Positions 13,627 to 25,234 are shown, counted from the stretch's first letter. The stretch is DNA of 64,000 nt from Eledone cirrhosa (GCA_964016885.1 OZ024763.1:16554001-16618000), one strand, 5' to 3'. The notes: generated from the sequence alone by a model not told the origin. Translations and numbers: made by a program.

Positions 13627-13859
13627 TTTTACAAGAAGAAAACTTTAAAGGAACATCACCTCTCTGGCCCCTGTTGTTTTAATCAAACCAATATTTAACT
13701 TCATTCCTGCACCAACCACAGGATTTAACATAGACGATGGATGAGTTGCATAACGTAGAATGCTTTTCCTACTATTACATAATGGTTGACTGAACGGAAT
13801 GACCAGTTTTATCCAGTGGTGAACCATCAAACATAAATAATGCATGTATATATATATAT

Positions 13860-14208
13860 GGAGGTACGTGGCTTAGTGGTTAGAGCATTGGCCTTGCAAT
13901 TGAAAGGTTGTGAGTTCAATTCTCAGACCGGGTGATGTGTTGTTTCCTTGAGCAAGACACTTTATTTCACATTGCTCTAGTTTACTCAGCTGTAGAAATG
14001 AGATGATAGGGACTGGGGTCCCTATGATTCCACTGCAAAGTGGTCGTGGAGGTGCCACGGCAAAAAAGCAGCCAGCACTCACTGTAAATGAGGTTGGTGT
14101 TAGGAAGGGCATCCAGCTGTAGAAATCAAGCCAGAGTCAGTTCCCGTCCCACCCTTGCAAGCAGGGAAAAAGCGGACGTAAAATGAAATGATGATGATGA
14201 TGAAATGA
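13860..14208 (+). mobile_element. SINE family A, full length
   Basis: Near-identical to 7252-7590. Confidence 0.92.
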
Positions 14209-14438
14209 TATATGTATATATACAAAGATCGGAATTAAGAGTATTCCGCAGTTCACAGTAATAATAATAATAGTATTAGAGATTGGAGTCTGACTTAGTT
14301 TTTTTCTATTTAATTGCTAAACCTGTAGATATTGTTCTCTATACAGTAACGGTAAAACTCACTTGTAATAATTCTTTACACACATCTCACTGTGTAACAC
14401 ACTTCCACATCTCACTGTGTAACACACTTCTCTTTGTG

Positions 14439-14472
<34 letters not shown>

Positions 14473-14582
14473 TTAATTAGTATTAAATGCTGTAATGAAT
14501 GTTGACCCACAATATTTGCATATGTATCTGTATGTCTCTTGGGTGAAAAGGAGGTCATATAAGTGTTCATTCATTAATAAAT

Positions 14583-14629
14583 TGCTCCGAAGAATCCAAA
14601 CCTCGGTTTGGAGGAAACAGTTGTAAGCA
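14583..14629 (+). ncRNA. Type I hammerhead ribozyme with CCGAAGA (U4C) core
   Basis: tgct-CCGAAGA-a.tccaaac.ctcg.gtttgga.g-GAAA-cagttg-TA-agca; second copy at 56505-56553. Confidence 0.75.
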
Positions 14630-14842
14630 TAAAAATGTTTTGAACAGTTCTTTGATTCTCATATTTCATATATATATATATATCATCATATATGTGTGTG
14701 TATATATATATATATATTTGTAGTATGGTTGCTAGGATGCTTCCATAGGCGGTATGCCGGTTGAGCACTCTATGCCCCTTCAGAGCAGAGTATGATAAAA
14801 TGGAAAACGAAGAATCAATGATGCATCGGAACACAATTTATT

Positions 14843-14935
14843 ACGTATTACAATTGTTTCTCCGGCAAACAGCTTGAGGTGCGATCTGTGTGTGGATCAA
14901 ACCTGACTCTGGATTCACAAGTTCCTCAGATATGT
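14843..14935 (-). ncRNA. Hammerhead-like ribozyme with long stem-II insert (left arm)
   Basis: acatat-CTGAGGA-~62 nt-GAAA-caattg-TA-atacgt-aataaa. Confidence 0.6.
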
Positions 14936-15109
14936 CTAGTGATTTTGAAGCAGAAAGAGAATTTGCTTTGAAATCACTAGTCGTTTCTGAGGAACTTGCG
15001 AATCCAGAATCAGGTTCGATCTGTGTGTGGATCGAACCTGACTCTGGATTTGCAAGTTCCTCAGATATGTCTAGTGATTTCAAAGAAAATTCTCTTTCGA
15101 AGTCACTAG

Positions 15110-15202
15110 ACGTATCTGAGGAACTTGTGAATCCAGAGTCAGGTTTGATCCACACACAGATCACACCTCAAGCTGTTTGCCGGAGAAACAATTGTAATAC
15201 GT
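15110..15202 (+). ncRNA. Hammerhead-like ribozyme with long stem-II insert (right arm)
   Basis: Perfect stem I ACGTAT/ATACGT; CTGAGGA at 15116-15122; 62-nt insert; GAAA at 15185-15188; palindromic CAATTG; GUA site; AATAAA follows. Confidence 0.7.
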
Positions 15203-15243
15203 AATAAATTGTGTTCCGATACATCACAGATTCTTCGTTTTCC

Positions 15244-15279
<36 letters not shown>

Positions 15280-15304
15280 TAGATGTTCTTTTGATCAATT
15301 ACAT

Positions 15305-15355
15305 TTTATTATACATATTTCGGATGTACAACAGTACGTCCTCATCAGACAAAAT
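15305..15355 (-). ncRNA. Type I hammerhead ribozyme
   Basis: CTGATGA-ggacgtac.tgtt.gtacatcc-GAAA-tatg-TA-taataaa. Confidence 0.8.
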
Positions 15356-15856
15356 ATAATGATATATGACATACCCTGAGATGTTAAATGGTTAAGATTT
15401 AATCAAGGTAGTGATTAACCTAAGAGAAAGTTTAACATTTATACCCTAATAATGAGAAAATGCGAAAACGTAATAAATTCATTAGAGAATGTGTGAGTAA
15501 GAAAAACGTTGCTTAATGTAACAGTTATAGAGATTTTAAAATGTATGATACTATAATTTATCAGGGAAAGCGGTCAATGAGAGCTGCTGAGATAATATAT
15601 ATAGAGAGAGGGAATATATGTAGAAAGAGATTTTCCGAAAGTTAAACGGTTAAGTTTGAAAATATTTAATTTATGCTATTTTAGGGTGAAGATTCAAGAT
15701 TTTAGGTTTTTTTTTTTTTTTTAAATTTATTGAATTTATTACGTTTTCGCATTTTCTCATTATTAGGGTATAAATGTTAAACTTTCTCTTAGGTTAATCA
15801 CTACCTTGATTAAATCTTAACCATTTAACATCTCAGGGTATGTCATATACCATTAT

Positions 15857-15907
15857 ATTTTGTCTGATGAGGATGTACTGTTGTACCTCCGAAATATGTA
15901 TAATAAA
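15857..15907 (+). ncRNA. Type I hammerhead ribozyme
   Basis: CTGATGA(15864-15870)-ggatgtac.tgtt.gtacctcc-GAAA(15891-15894)-tatg-TA. Confidence 0.8.
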
Positions 15908-16052
15908 ATGTAATTGATAAAAAGAACATCTATTTTATTAATATTTGTATTTTAATATTAATAACTCTGGAAAATTATTTCCCATAGAGTGCTTCCAATC
16001 TACTGTAAAACTCATTCTTTGATGTACTCATTGAATATTGTTTAACTCTTTA

Positions 16053-16084
<32 letters not shown>

Positions 16085-16221
16085 TATATATGAGTGAGAC
16101 GCAGTCACCCAACCCTACTTGGCTCAAAATAGGACAATTCCCGTCTAACCCATGCTAGCGTGGAAGATAGACGTTTAACGATGATGATGATATATCATAA
16201 TGTATATATATATATATCATA

Positions 16222-16265
<44 letters not shown>

Positions 16266-16342
16266 ATTTTAATATAAATCAAATTACAATACATAATTTT
16301 TTTTGTTATATTTATTTTTAAAACAATATTCAACAACTGTAA

Positions 16343-16822
16343 CACCTCCACTACCACCACTACCACCATCTCTACTACAACCATTATCACCACTACCACC
16401 ACCACCACCACAACAACCACCACAACCACCACCATCTCTACTACAACCATTACCACAACCACCACTACCACCACCTCTACTACAACCACCACCACAACCA
16501 CCACCACAACCACCACCACTACCACCACCACTACCACCACCACCACAACCACCACCAGCACCACAACCACCACCACAACCACCACCACAACCACCACCAC
16601 CACCACCACAACCACCACCACAACCACCACCACCACCACTACTACAACCACCACCACAACCACCATCACCACTACCACCACCACAACCACCACCACCACC
16701 ACCACCACTACTACAACCACCACCACCACCACCACCACTACCACCGCCACAACCACCACCACCACCACAACCACCACCACAGCCACCACAACCACCACCA
16801 CCACTACTACAACCACCACCAC
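16343..16822. repeat. (ACC/ACA/ACT)n trinucleotide tract
   Basis: Directly visible. Confidence 0.95.
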
Positions 16823-16849
16823 AGAGGGAGAATATATAGTAGTAGATAA

Positions 16850-18181
16850 AGAGTGAGAGTGGGAGAGAGAGACAGAAAGAGAGAGGTAATGCACATGCAT
16901 GAGACAGAGAGAGAGAGAGAGGGAGACAAGGAGAGAGAGGGGGGGGAGATGAAATGAGAGAGAAAGACATAGAGTGAGAGGGAAAGGAGACAGAGAGACA
17001 TAGTGAGAGGGAAAGGAGAGAGAGAAATTGAGACTGATATAAAGGACAGAGAGAGAGAGGGGGAAAGAGAGACATGCATGTGGGTGTGTGAGGAGGTTTA
17101 TGTGTGTGTGTGTGAGGAGGTTTATGTGTGTGTGTGTGTGTGTATTTGTGAGGGGGTTTGTGTGTGGGTGTGTGTGTATTTGTGAGGAGGTTTATGTGTG
17201 TGTGTATTTGTGAGGAGGTTTGTGTGTGTGTGTATTTGTGAGGAGGTTTGTGTGTGGGTGTGTGAGGAGGTTTATGTGTGTGTGTGTGTGTGTGTGTGTT
17301 TGTGTATTTGTGAAGGGGTTTGTGTGTGTGTATTTCTGAAGAGGTTTGTGTGTGTGTGTGTGTGTGTGTATTTGTGAGGAGGTGTGGGTGTGTGAGGAGG
17401 TTTATGTGTGTGTGTGTGAGGAGGTTTATGTGTGTGTGTGTATTTGTGAGGAGGTTTGTGTGTGGGTGTGTGTATTTCTGAGGAGGTTTATGTGTGTGTG
17501 TATTTGTGAAGAGGTTTGTGTGTGTGTGTGTGTATTTGTGAGGAGGTTTGTGTGTGTTTGTGTGTGTGTGTGTATTTGTGAAGGGGTTTATGTGTGTGTG
17601 TATTTGTGAGGAGGTTTATGTGTGTGTGAGGAGTTTATGTGTGTGTGTGTGTGAGGAGGTTTATGTGTGTGTGTGAGGAGGTTTATGTGTGTGTGTGTGT
17701 GTGTGTATTTGTGAGGAGGTTTGTGGGTGTGTGTGTATTTGTGAGGAGGTTTGTGTGTGTGTATCAGAGAGAAAGGGAGAGACAAGGAGAGAAGGACATG
17801 TGTGTGAGAAAGAGAGAGTGAGCGAGAGAGAGGAGGTGAGAAAGAGGAGGAAAGGAAGAGAGAGAGAGAGGAAGGGAGAGAGAAGATAGACATGTGTGTG
17901 AGAGGGAGAGAGAGACAGTGTGTGAAGGAGAGGGAGATAGACAGTGTGTGAGAGAGAGGTGAGAGAGTGAGACAGTGTGTTTGAGAGAGAGGGAGAAGAT
18001 AGACATATATGAGAGAGAGGAGAGAGACAGTGTGTTTGAGAGAGAGGGAGAAGATAGACATATATAAGAGAGAGAGAGAGGAGAGAGACAGTGTGTTTGA
18101 GAGAGAGGGAGAAGATAGACATATATGAGAGAGAGAGACAAATATAGACATGTGTGTGAGAAAGAGAGACAAAGATAGACA

Positions 18182-18212
<31 letters not shown>

Positions 18213-18256
18213 CAGTGTGTGTGAGAGGGAGAGAGAGAGAGAGACAGACAGTGTGT

Positions 18257-18289
<33 letters not shown>

Positions 18290-18290
18290 T
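16850..18290. repeat. (GA)n and (GT)n-GAGGAGGTTT compound minisatellites
   Basis: Directly visible. Confidence 0.9.
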
Positions 18291-18399
18291 TAGTTTGTAG
18301 AGTCAAAATATATTTAATAACGTCTGAACAATTTTTCTTTCATTTTCAATATATCTAATTGAAAAATGTCATAAAAATAATTTTTATTTCATTCACTGA

Positions 18400-18412
18400 C
18401 TATACATATGTG

Positions 18413-18493
<81 letters not shown>

Positions 18494-18634
18494 ATGTGTG
18501 TGTATGTATATGTGAGTGCGTATATGTGTATATTCATATATATGTCTGTTGGTCTCACTTTCCCTCTGCATATGGATGTATATGTATGCATGTGTATATA
18601 TGTGTGTATATATATATATATATATGTGTGTGTG

Positions 18635-18727
<93 letters not shown>

Positions 18728-19181
18728 ATATATATGTATATATGCATATATATATATGGGGATATATATATATATGGATATATATATACACACACATATA
18801 TATATATACACACATCTTTCTCTCTCGTTATATATATATATATATATATACATACATACACACATATAATAGTATTTCTTTAGTATTTTTCCTTTTTTTG
18901 TTGTCTTAAGTATTGTTTTTGGGACAATACAAGAAGTTCAAAGGTCAAACCAATAAAAAAATATATAATTTTATTAAATAACAAAATAAAATACATATAA
19001 ACAAAGAATTCGATCCAATTTGAAACAATTTGTCTGCATGTATATATATATATTCTACACACATACACTTGTATATATATATTGTAGGGATATGTATAGT
19101 GTGTGTGTGTATATATATCTATGTATGTGTGTGTGTATATAAGTGTATGTGTATGTATATATGTATATGGATACATATATG

Positions 19182-19237
<56 letters not shown>

Positions 19238-19313
19238 CACACACACCCACTCATATATATATACATGTATATATATATTTATATATATATATAGAAGGTA
19301 TTGCAACAGTCTC

Positions 19314-19409
<96 letters not shown>

Positions 19410-19548
19410 TATATATATACACACATATATATATATACACACATATATATATATACACATATATATATATACACACATATATATATATACACATATATAT
19501 ATATATATACACATATATATATATACACATATATATATATATATACAC

Positions 19549-19581
<33 letters not shown>

Positions 19582-19728
19582 TATATATATACACATATAT
19601 ATATATATATATACACATATATATATATATACACATATATATATATACACATACATATATATATACACTCACATATGTATATATATATATACATGCACAT
19701 ATATGTATACACATATATATATTTGTAT

Positions 19729-19777
<49 letters not shown>

Positions 19778-19860
19778 TATATACATACACATACATACAT
19801 ACATACATATATATATATTATACACACACAAACACACATATATATATATATATGTGTGTT
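18400..19860. repeat. (TA)n/(CA)n/(CT)n microsatellite field with a short unique AT-rich gap
   Basis: Directly visible. Confidence 0.9.
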
Positions 19861-20044
19861 TGTTTGTATTTGAGTACACAATTATTTTTCTCTGATATTT
19901 ACTAGCAAATCGCAAGTAATTTATGAAAATTAAAAATTAATAAGTTTTTTAAAAAATTGACACAAAAATGAAAGAAAATTAACGAAGATAATCACAAAAA
20001 TAAAGAAGACAATTTTTCTAATTAGTGCGTCAAATAACATTACA

Positions 20045-20750
20045 AGGGTCGGACGCCATGCTTTCCACCATAGTTACGTCCCTTTATGATGAGTTCAAAT
20101 CCCGCCGAGGTTAACTTTGCCTTTCATCCTTACGGGGTCGATAAAATAAAGTACCAGTAATGCACTGGGGTAATTGCTGAATTTGTGCCTAAAGTAGAAA
20201 CAATTATTATTATTATTATTATTATTACTAGTAATATTATTGTTATTATTAAGGCGGCAGATTGTCAGAATCGGTAGAGAGTCGGACACAATGCTTGCTT
20301 CGCAGCACAGAGTTATGGCCCTTTATGGTCTGAGTTCAAATCCCGCCGCGGTTAACTTTGCTTTTCATCCTTACGGGGGTCGATGAAATAAAGTACCAGT
20401 CATGCACTGGGGTCGATTTAATTGACTGTCCCCTCCCCCACAAAATTGCTGGCCTTGTGTCTATATAAGGCAGTATCGGTGGAGGGTCGGACGAGGCTAA
20501 CTTTGCCTTTCATCCTGACGAGGTCGATAAAATAACGTACCAGTAATGTACTGGGTAATTGCTGGCCTTGTGCCTAAAGTAGAAACAATTATTAACCATG
20601 CTTTGCAGTATAGAGTTATGGCCCTTTACGCCCTGAGTTCAAATCCTGCCGAGGTTAACTTTGCCTTTCATCCATACGGGGTCGATAAAATAAAGTACCA
20701 GTAATACACTGAGATATAATTGCTGGCCTTGTGCCTAAAGTAGAAACACT
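20045..20750 (+). mobile_element. Cluster of four SINE family B copies (Meta-like domain, (TTA)n tail)
   Basis: Repeated GAGTTCAAATCCCGCCGAGGTTAACTTTGCCTTTCATCCTTACGGGGTCGATAAAATAAAGTACCAG containing a B box. The MetaSINE assignment is from recall. Confidence 0.85.
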
Positions 20751-20825
20751 TTTTAAGGGCAGTGGTTTCCATCTACCAAATTCCACTGAAACAGTATTGG
20801 TTCTTCAAGATAGCATGGAATAGAA

Positions 20826-21020
20826 TGGTGCCATGACTTCTGAGGGAGTCGTAGTGGCGCCATGACTTCTGAGGGAGTCGTAGTGGTGCCATGACTTCTG
20901 AGGGAGTCGTAGGGGCGCCGTAGTGGCATATGGCATTTCTTGGACATTTAAAACCTGGTGGAGCCCAACTCCTGTCCATGTCTGAACACAGCAGATTACT
21001 TCCAGAGAAGGATAGAGAGA
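20826..21020 (-). repeat. Family C repeat whose end is amplified as a 29-bp triplication
   Basis: TGGTGCCATGACTTCTGAGGGAGTCGTAG x3 adjoining the family C body. Confidence 0.75.
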
Positions 21021-21057
21021 GAGTGAGAGAATGGGAGTGAGAAAGGTGTGTATATAT

Positions 21058-21090
<33 letters not shown>

Positions 21091-21248
21091 TTCGTTTAAC
21101 GTCAATTTTCCACGCTAGCATGGGTTAGACGGGAGTTGTCCCACTTGAGGCAAGGTTGGTTGGGTGACCGTGTCTCGCTCATACAGGACTGTCTGGCAGG
21201 TTTTCTACGGCTGGATGCCCTTCCTAACACCAACCACGTATACAGTGA
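21058..21248 (-). mobile_element. SINE family D 3' part
   Basis: (CAT)n tail plus the shared CTGGATGCCCTTCCTAACACCAAC domain. Confidence 0.8.
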
Positions 21249-21476
21249 TATATATAATTGTTTCTACTTTTGGCACAAGGCCAGCAACTGCCCAGTGCGT
21301 GACTGGTACTTTATTTGGCATACGTCAAGACGGGCGGTCTAGAAAGTGAAAGTAATTTTGGACACTGTGAATTTTTTTTGAATTTTTTTTACAACAGGTC
21401 TCAATAGTGTAAGTTACAATACACACGCAATTGTATGGATTTCTTAATATATATATATGTGTGCCCATCTTGCCGT

Positions 21477-21509
<33 letters not shown>

Positions 21510-21845
21510 GGAGGCACCTGGCTTAGTGGTTAGAGCATTGGCCTTGCAATCGAAAGGTTGTGAGTTCAATTCTCAGATCGGGTGATGTGTTGTTTCCTTG
21601 AGCAAGACACTTTATTTCACATTGCTCCAGTTTCCTCAGCTGTAGAAATGAGATGATAGGGACTGGGGTCCCTATCATTCCACTGCAAAGTGGACGTGGA
21701 GGTGCCACGGCAAAAAAGCACCCAGCACTCACTGTAAATGAGGTTGGTGTTAGGAAGGGCATCCAGCTGTAGAAATCAAGCCAGAATCAGTTCCCGTCCC
21801 ACCCTTGCAAGCAGGGAAAAAGCGGACGTAAAATGAAATAAAATG
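21510..21845 (+). mobile_element. SINE family A, full length
   Basis: Near-identical to 7252-7590. Confidence 0.92.
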
Positions 21846-21885
21846 AAAATATGTATGTATATATATATATGTGTGTATATATATA

Positions 21886-21917
<32 letters not shown>

Positions 21918-22433
21918 GTGTGTTTTTCTTTATATATTTGTTTACAATCTACTATCTCTCACTACATCATTATAAGTCAGAACTATGAGAAAACAAACCC
22001 GATACTATTACATCGTTTGAACGTCTAACTAGGAAGAACTAATATATATTTATATATATATATATTGTTATACTTTGGGAGGGTCATGTTGCCAAAAAGA
22101 AACACACGCACCAGTTGCTTTCACTTCAATTTATTATATATTTATAAATTTACAAATTTATAAATTTCTGGTTGGCAACATGACCCTCCCAAAGTATAAC
22201 AATATCGGTTTCAACACACGTTTTCAGATAAAGAATCTTGCTAAACAAATTCAGAAACGAAATATATATATATAGTTATTTAAAAAGTCTACTTCTGTCC
22301 TCGCCATACACAGAGCCCTTGCTACATCTAACTAATATCAATCGATGTCCAGTTTTTAGTAATCTTTCAATATACATACATACATACATATATATATATA
22401 TATGGTATACGTCAAGACGGGCACACATATATA

Positions 22434-22776
22434 TCATCATTTCATCATTTCATTTTACGTCCGCTTTTTCCCTGCTTGCAAGGGTGGGACGGGAACTGAT
22501 TCTGGCTTGATTTCTACAGCTGGATGCCCTTCCTAACACCAACCTCATTTACAGTGAGTGCTGGGTGCTTTTTTGCCGTGGCACCTCCACGACCACTTTG
22601 CAGTGGAATGATATGGACCCCAGTCCCTATCATCTCATTTCTACAGCTGGATAAACTGGAGCAATGTGAAATAAAGTGTCTTGCTCAAGGAAACAACACA
22701 TCACCCGGTCTGAGAATTGAAATCACAACCTTTCGATTGCAAGGCCAATGCTCTAACCACTAAGCCATGTGCCTCC
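22434..22776 (-). mobile_element. SINE family A, full length, inside the right TIR arm
   Basis: Reverse complement of family A. Confidence 0.92.
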
Positions 22777-22916
22777 ATATATATATTAAGAAATCCATAC
22801 AATTGCTTGTGTATCGTAAATTACACTATTGAGACCTGTTGTAAAAAAAAAAAAAAACAAATTCACAGTGTCAAAAATTACTTTCACTTTCCAGACCGCC
22901 CGTCTTGACCTATGCC

Positions 22917-23050
22917 ACTTTATTTTATCAACCCCGTAAGGATGAAAGGCAAAGTTAACCTCGGCGGGATTTGAACTCGGATCATACAGGGAGGTAACTC
23001 TATGCTTCAAAGCATGGCGTCCGACCCTCTACCGATACTGACAATCCATA
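22917..23050 (-). mobile_element. SINE family B 5' part (3' part at 21256-21316)
   Basis: The sequence continues across the TSD. Confidence 0.85.
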
Positions 23051-23175
23051 TAATTGGTGTTGTATGCTTAAAGCGTCCGTATGCGGTAGGCCGTTTGAGC
23101 ACTCGATGCTCTCATAGAACAGAGTATGATATCACAGAAAAAAGAGAATCAGTGTTGCGACGAATGGAATTTATT

Positions 23176-23271
23176 GGACATATTACAATCGTTTCTCTGG
23201 CAACCGGCTCGAGGCACGGTCGATGTGATGATCGAACCTGACTCTGAAAATCTCAAGGTCCTCAGATACGA
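23176..23271 (-). ncRNA. Hammerhead-like ribozyme with long stem-II insert (left arm)
   Basis: cgtat-CTGAGGA-~63 nt-GAAA-cgattg-TA-atatg. Confidence 0.6.
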
Positions 23272-23414
23272 TTGATTCTAGAACCTGACTCTGAAAATCA
23301 CAAGGTCCTCAGATACGTCTTGATTCTAGAACCTGACTCTGAAAATCACAAGGTCCTAAGATACGTCTTGATTCTACGAAGCAGATTTTCCTAAATTCTG
23401 CTTCGTAGAATCAC

Positions 23415-23510
23415 GACGTATCTGAGGACCTTGTGATTTTCAGAGTCAGGTTCGATCATTACATCGATCGTGCCTCGAGCTGGTCGCCAGAGAAACGATT
23501 GTAATATGTC
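23415..23510 (+). ncRNA. Hammerhead-like ribozyme with long stem-II insert (right arm)
   Basis: Stem I GACGTAT/ATATGTC; CTGAGGA at 23422-23428; GAAA at 23492-23495; CGATTG-TA; AATAAA follows. Confidence 0.7.
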
Positions 23511-23577
23511 CAATAAATTCCATTTGTCGCAACACTGATTCTTTTTTTTTCTGTGATATATATATATAGAGAGAGAG

Positions 23578-24735
23578 AGAATCAACCCAGTAGTTAACTG
23601 GTACTTATTTTATCAACCTCAAAATGATGAAAGGCAAAGTTGACCTCAGATCAAGAATCAACCCCAGTAGTTAACTGGTACTTCTTTTATCAACCTCAAA
23701 ATGATGAAAGGCAAAGTTGACCTCAGATCAAGAATCAACCCCAGTAGTTAACTGGTACTTATTTTATCGACCTCAAAATGATGAAAGGCAAAGTTGACCT
23801 CAGATCAAGAATCAACCCCAGTAGTTAACTGGTACTTATTTTATCGACCCCGAAAGGATGAAAGGCAAAGTTGACCTCTAATCAAGAATCAACCCCAGTA
23901 GTTAACTGGTACTTATTTTATCGACCCCGAAAGGATGAAAGGCAAAGTTGACCTCTAATCAAGAATCAACCCCAGTAGTTAACTGGTACTTATTTTATCG
24001 ACCTCAAAAGGATGAAAGGCAAAGTTGACCTCTAATCAAGAATCAACACCAGTAGTTAACTGGTACTTATTTTATCGACCCCGAAAGGATGAAAGGCAAA
24101 GTTGACCTCTAATCAAGAATCAACCCCAGTAGTTAACTGGTACTTATTTTATCGACCTCAAAAGGATGAAAGGCAAAGTTGACCTCTAATCAAGAATCAA
24201 CACCAGTAGTTAACTGGTACTTATTTTATCGACCCCGAAAGGATGAAAGGCAAAGTTGACCTCAGATCAAGAATCAACCTCAGTAGTTAACAGGTACTTA
24301 TTTTATCGACCCCGAAAGGATGAAAGGCACAGTTAACCTCAGATCAAGAATCAACCCCAGTAGTTAACTGGTACTTATTTTATCGACCCCGAAAGGATGA
24401 AAGGCACAGTTGACCTCTGATCAAGAATCAACTCCAGTAGTTAACTGGTACTTATTTTATCGACCCCGAAAGGATGAAAGGCAAAGTTGACCTCAGATCA
24501 AGAATCAACCCCAGTAGTTAACAGGTACTTATTTTATCGACCCCGAAAGGATGAAAGGCAAAGTTGACCTCAGATCAAGAATCAACCCCAGTAGTTAACT
24601 GGTACTTATTTTATCGACCCCGAAAGGATGAAAGGCAAAGTTGACCTCAGATCAAGAATCAACTCCAGTAGTTAACTGGTACTTATTTTATCAACCTCAA
24701 AATGACGAAAGGCACAGTTGACCCAGGATCGATTT
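23578..24735 (-). repeat. 77-bp tandem array (~15 copies) derived from the SINE B central domain
   Basis: Period 77 (AGAATCA at 23654, 23731, 23808). The unit contains CTGGTACTTATTTTATCGACCCCGAAAGGATGAAAGGCAAAGTTGACCTC. Confidence 0.95.
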
Positions 24736-24908
24736 AAACTCAGAGTATAAGATGCTTACCCAAAGCAACTTGCCCAAGGTACACAGTGAAATTGAGCCGA
24801 GATCCACATAGTTATAAAGAAACCTGTTTAACCACACAGCACTCTGCCTGTGGCTAATTTACAGATTTTTTAAATTAAAAAAAATTTTTTTTTTAAATTT
24901 ATATTTCC

Positions 24909-24922
24909 GTTGCTATGGTAAC
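24909..24922. promoter_or_regulatory. Candidate RFX X-box
   Basis: GTTGCTATGGTAAC fits the GTTGCCATGGCAAC-type consensus and lies in a non-repetitive island. Confidence 0.45.
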
Positions 24923-25067
24923 AAAAGGTTTCCCCTACTCTCTGCTAATGTATCACTGATATGTAGAATGTAGTATGTGAATCATAGTGTGAATCATAGG
25001 CACATTGAATATATAGCCTGTTTTGAGAGGCTCAAGAGAAATAAAATACATGTCTGTATGTCTTTAT

Positions 25068-25069
<2 letters not shown>

Positions 25070-25111
<42 letters not shown>

Positions 25112-25183
25112 CACACATAACCAAACATATATATATGTACACACACACGCATAGCCAGAGATATATATATACATACGTGCACG

Positions 25184-25234
<51 letters not shown>

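Larger units (their letters stand above)
14720..15250. mobile_element. PLE-derived nested palindrome with long-insert hammerheads
   Basis: Outer arms ~14795-14960 and ~15085-15250; inner hairpin centred near 15025; flanked by (TA)n; homologous to 23055-23560. Confidence 0.8.
15273..16053. mobile_element. PLE-derived inverted repeat (arms ~15273-15483 and ~15731-15940), one HHR per arm
   Basis: ~210-bp inverted arms with (TA)n flanks. Same family at 39035-39290, and a related leader at 7118-7210. Confidence 0.8.
21317..22916. mobile_element. Mutator-like non-autonomous DNA transposon with long TIRs, inserted in a SINE B
   Basis: Ends are GGCATACGTCAAGACGGGC and GCCCGTCTTGACCTATGCC with ~140-165-bp inverted arms. 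A 9-bp TSD ACTTTATTT lies at 21308-21316 and 22917-22925. The split SINE B continues on both sides. Confidence 0.85.
23055..23560. mobile_element. PLE-derived palindrome with long-insert hammerheads
   Basis: Inverted arms centred near 23390; 47-48-bp triplication at 23234-23376; homologous to 14720-15250. Confidence 0.8.

Noticed and set aside
23578-24735. CRISPR-like regular arrays (also 27293, 39455, 48445, 57276)
   Set aside because: There are no unique spacers or cas genes, and the context is eukaryotic tandem repeat.
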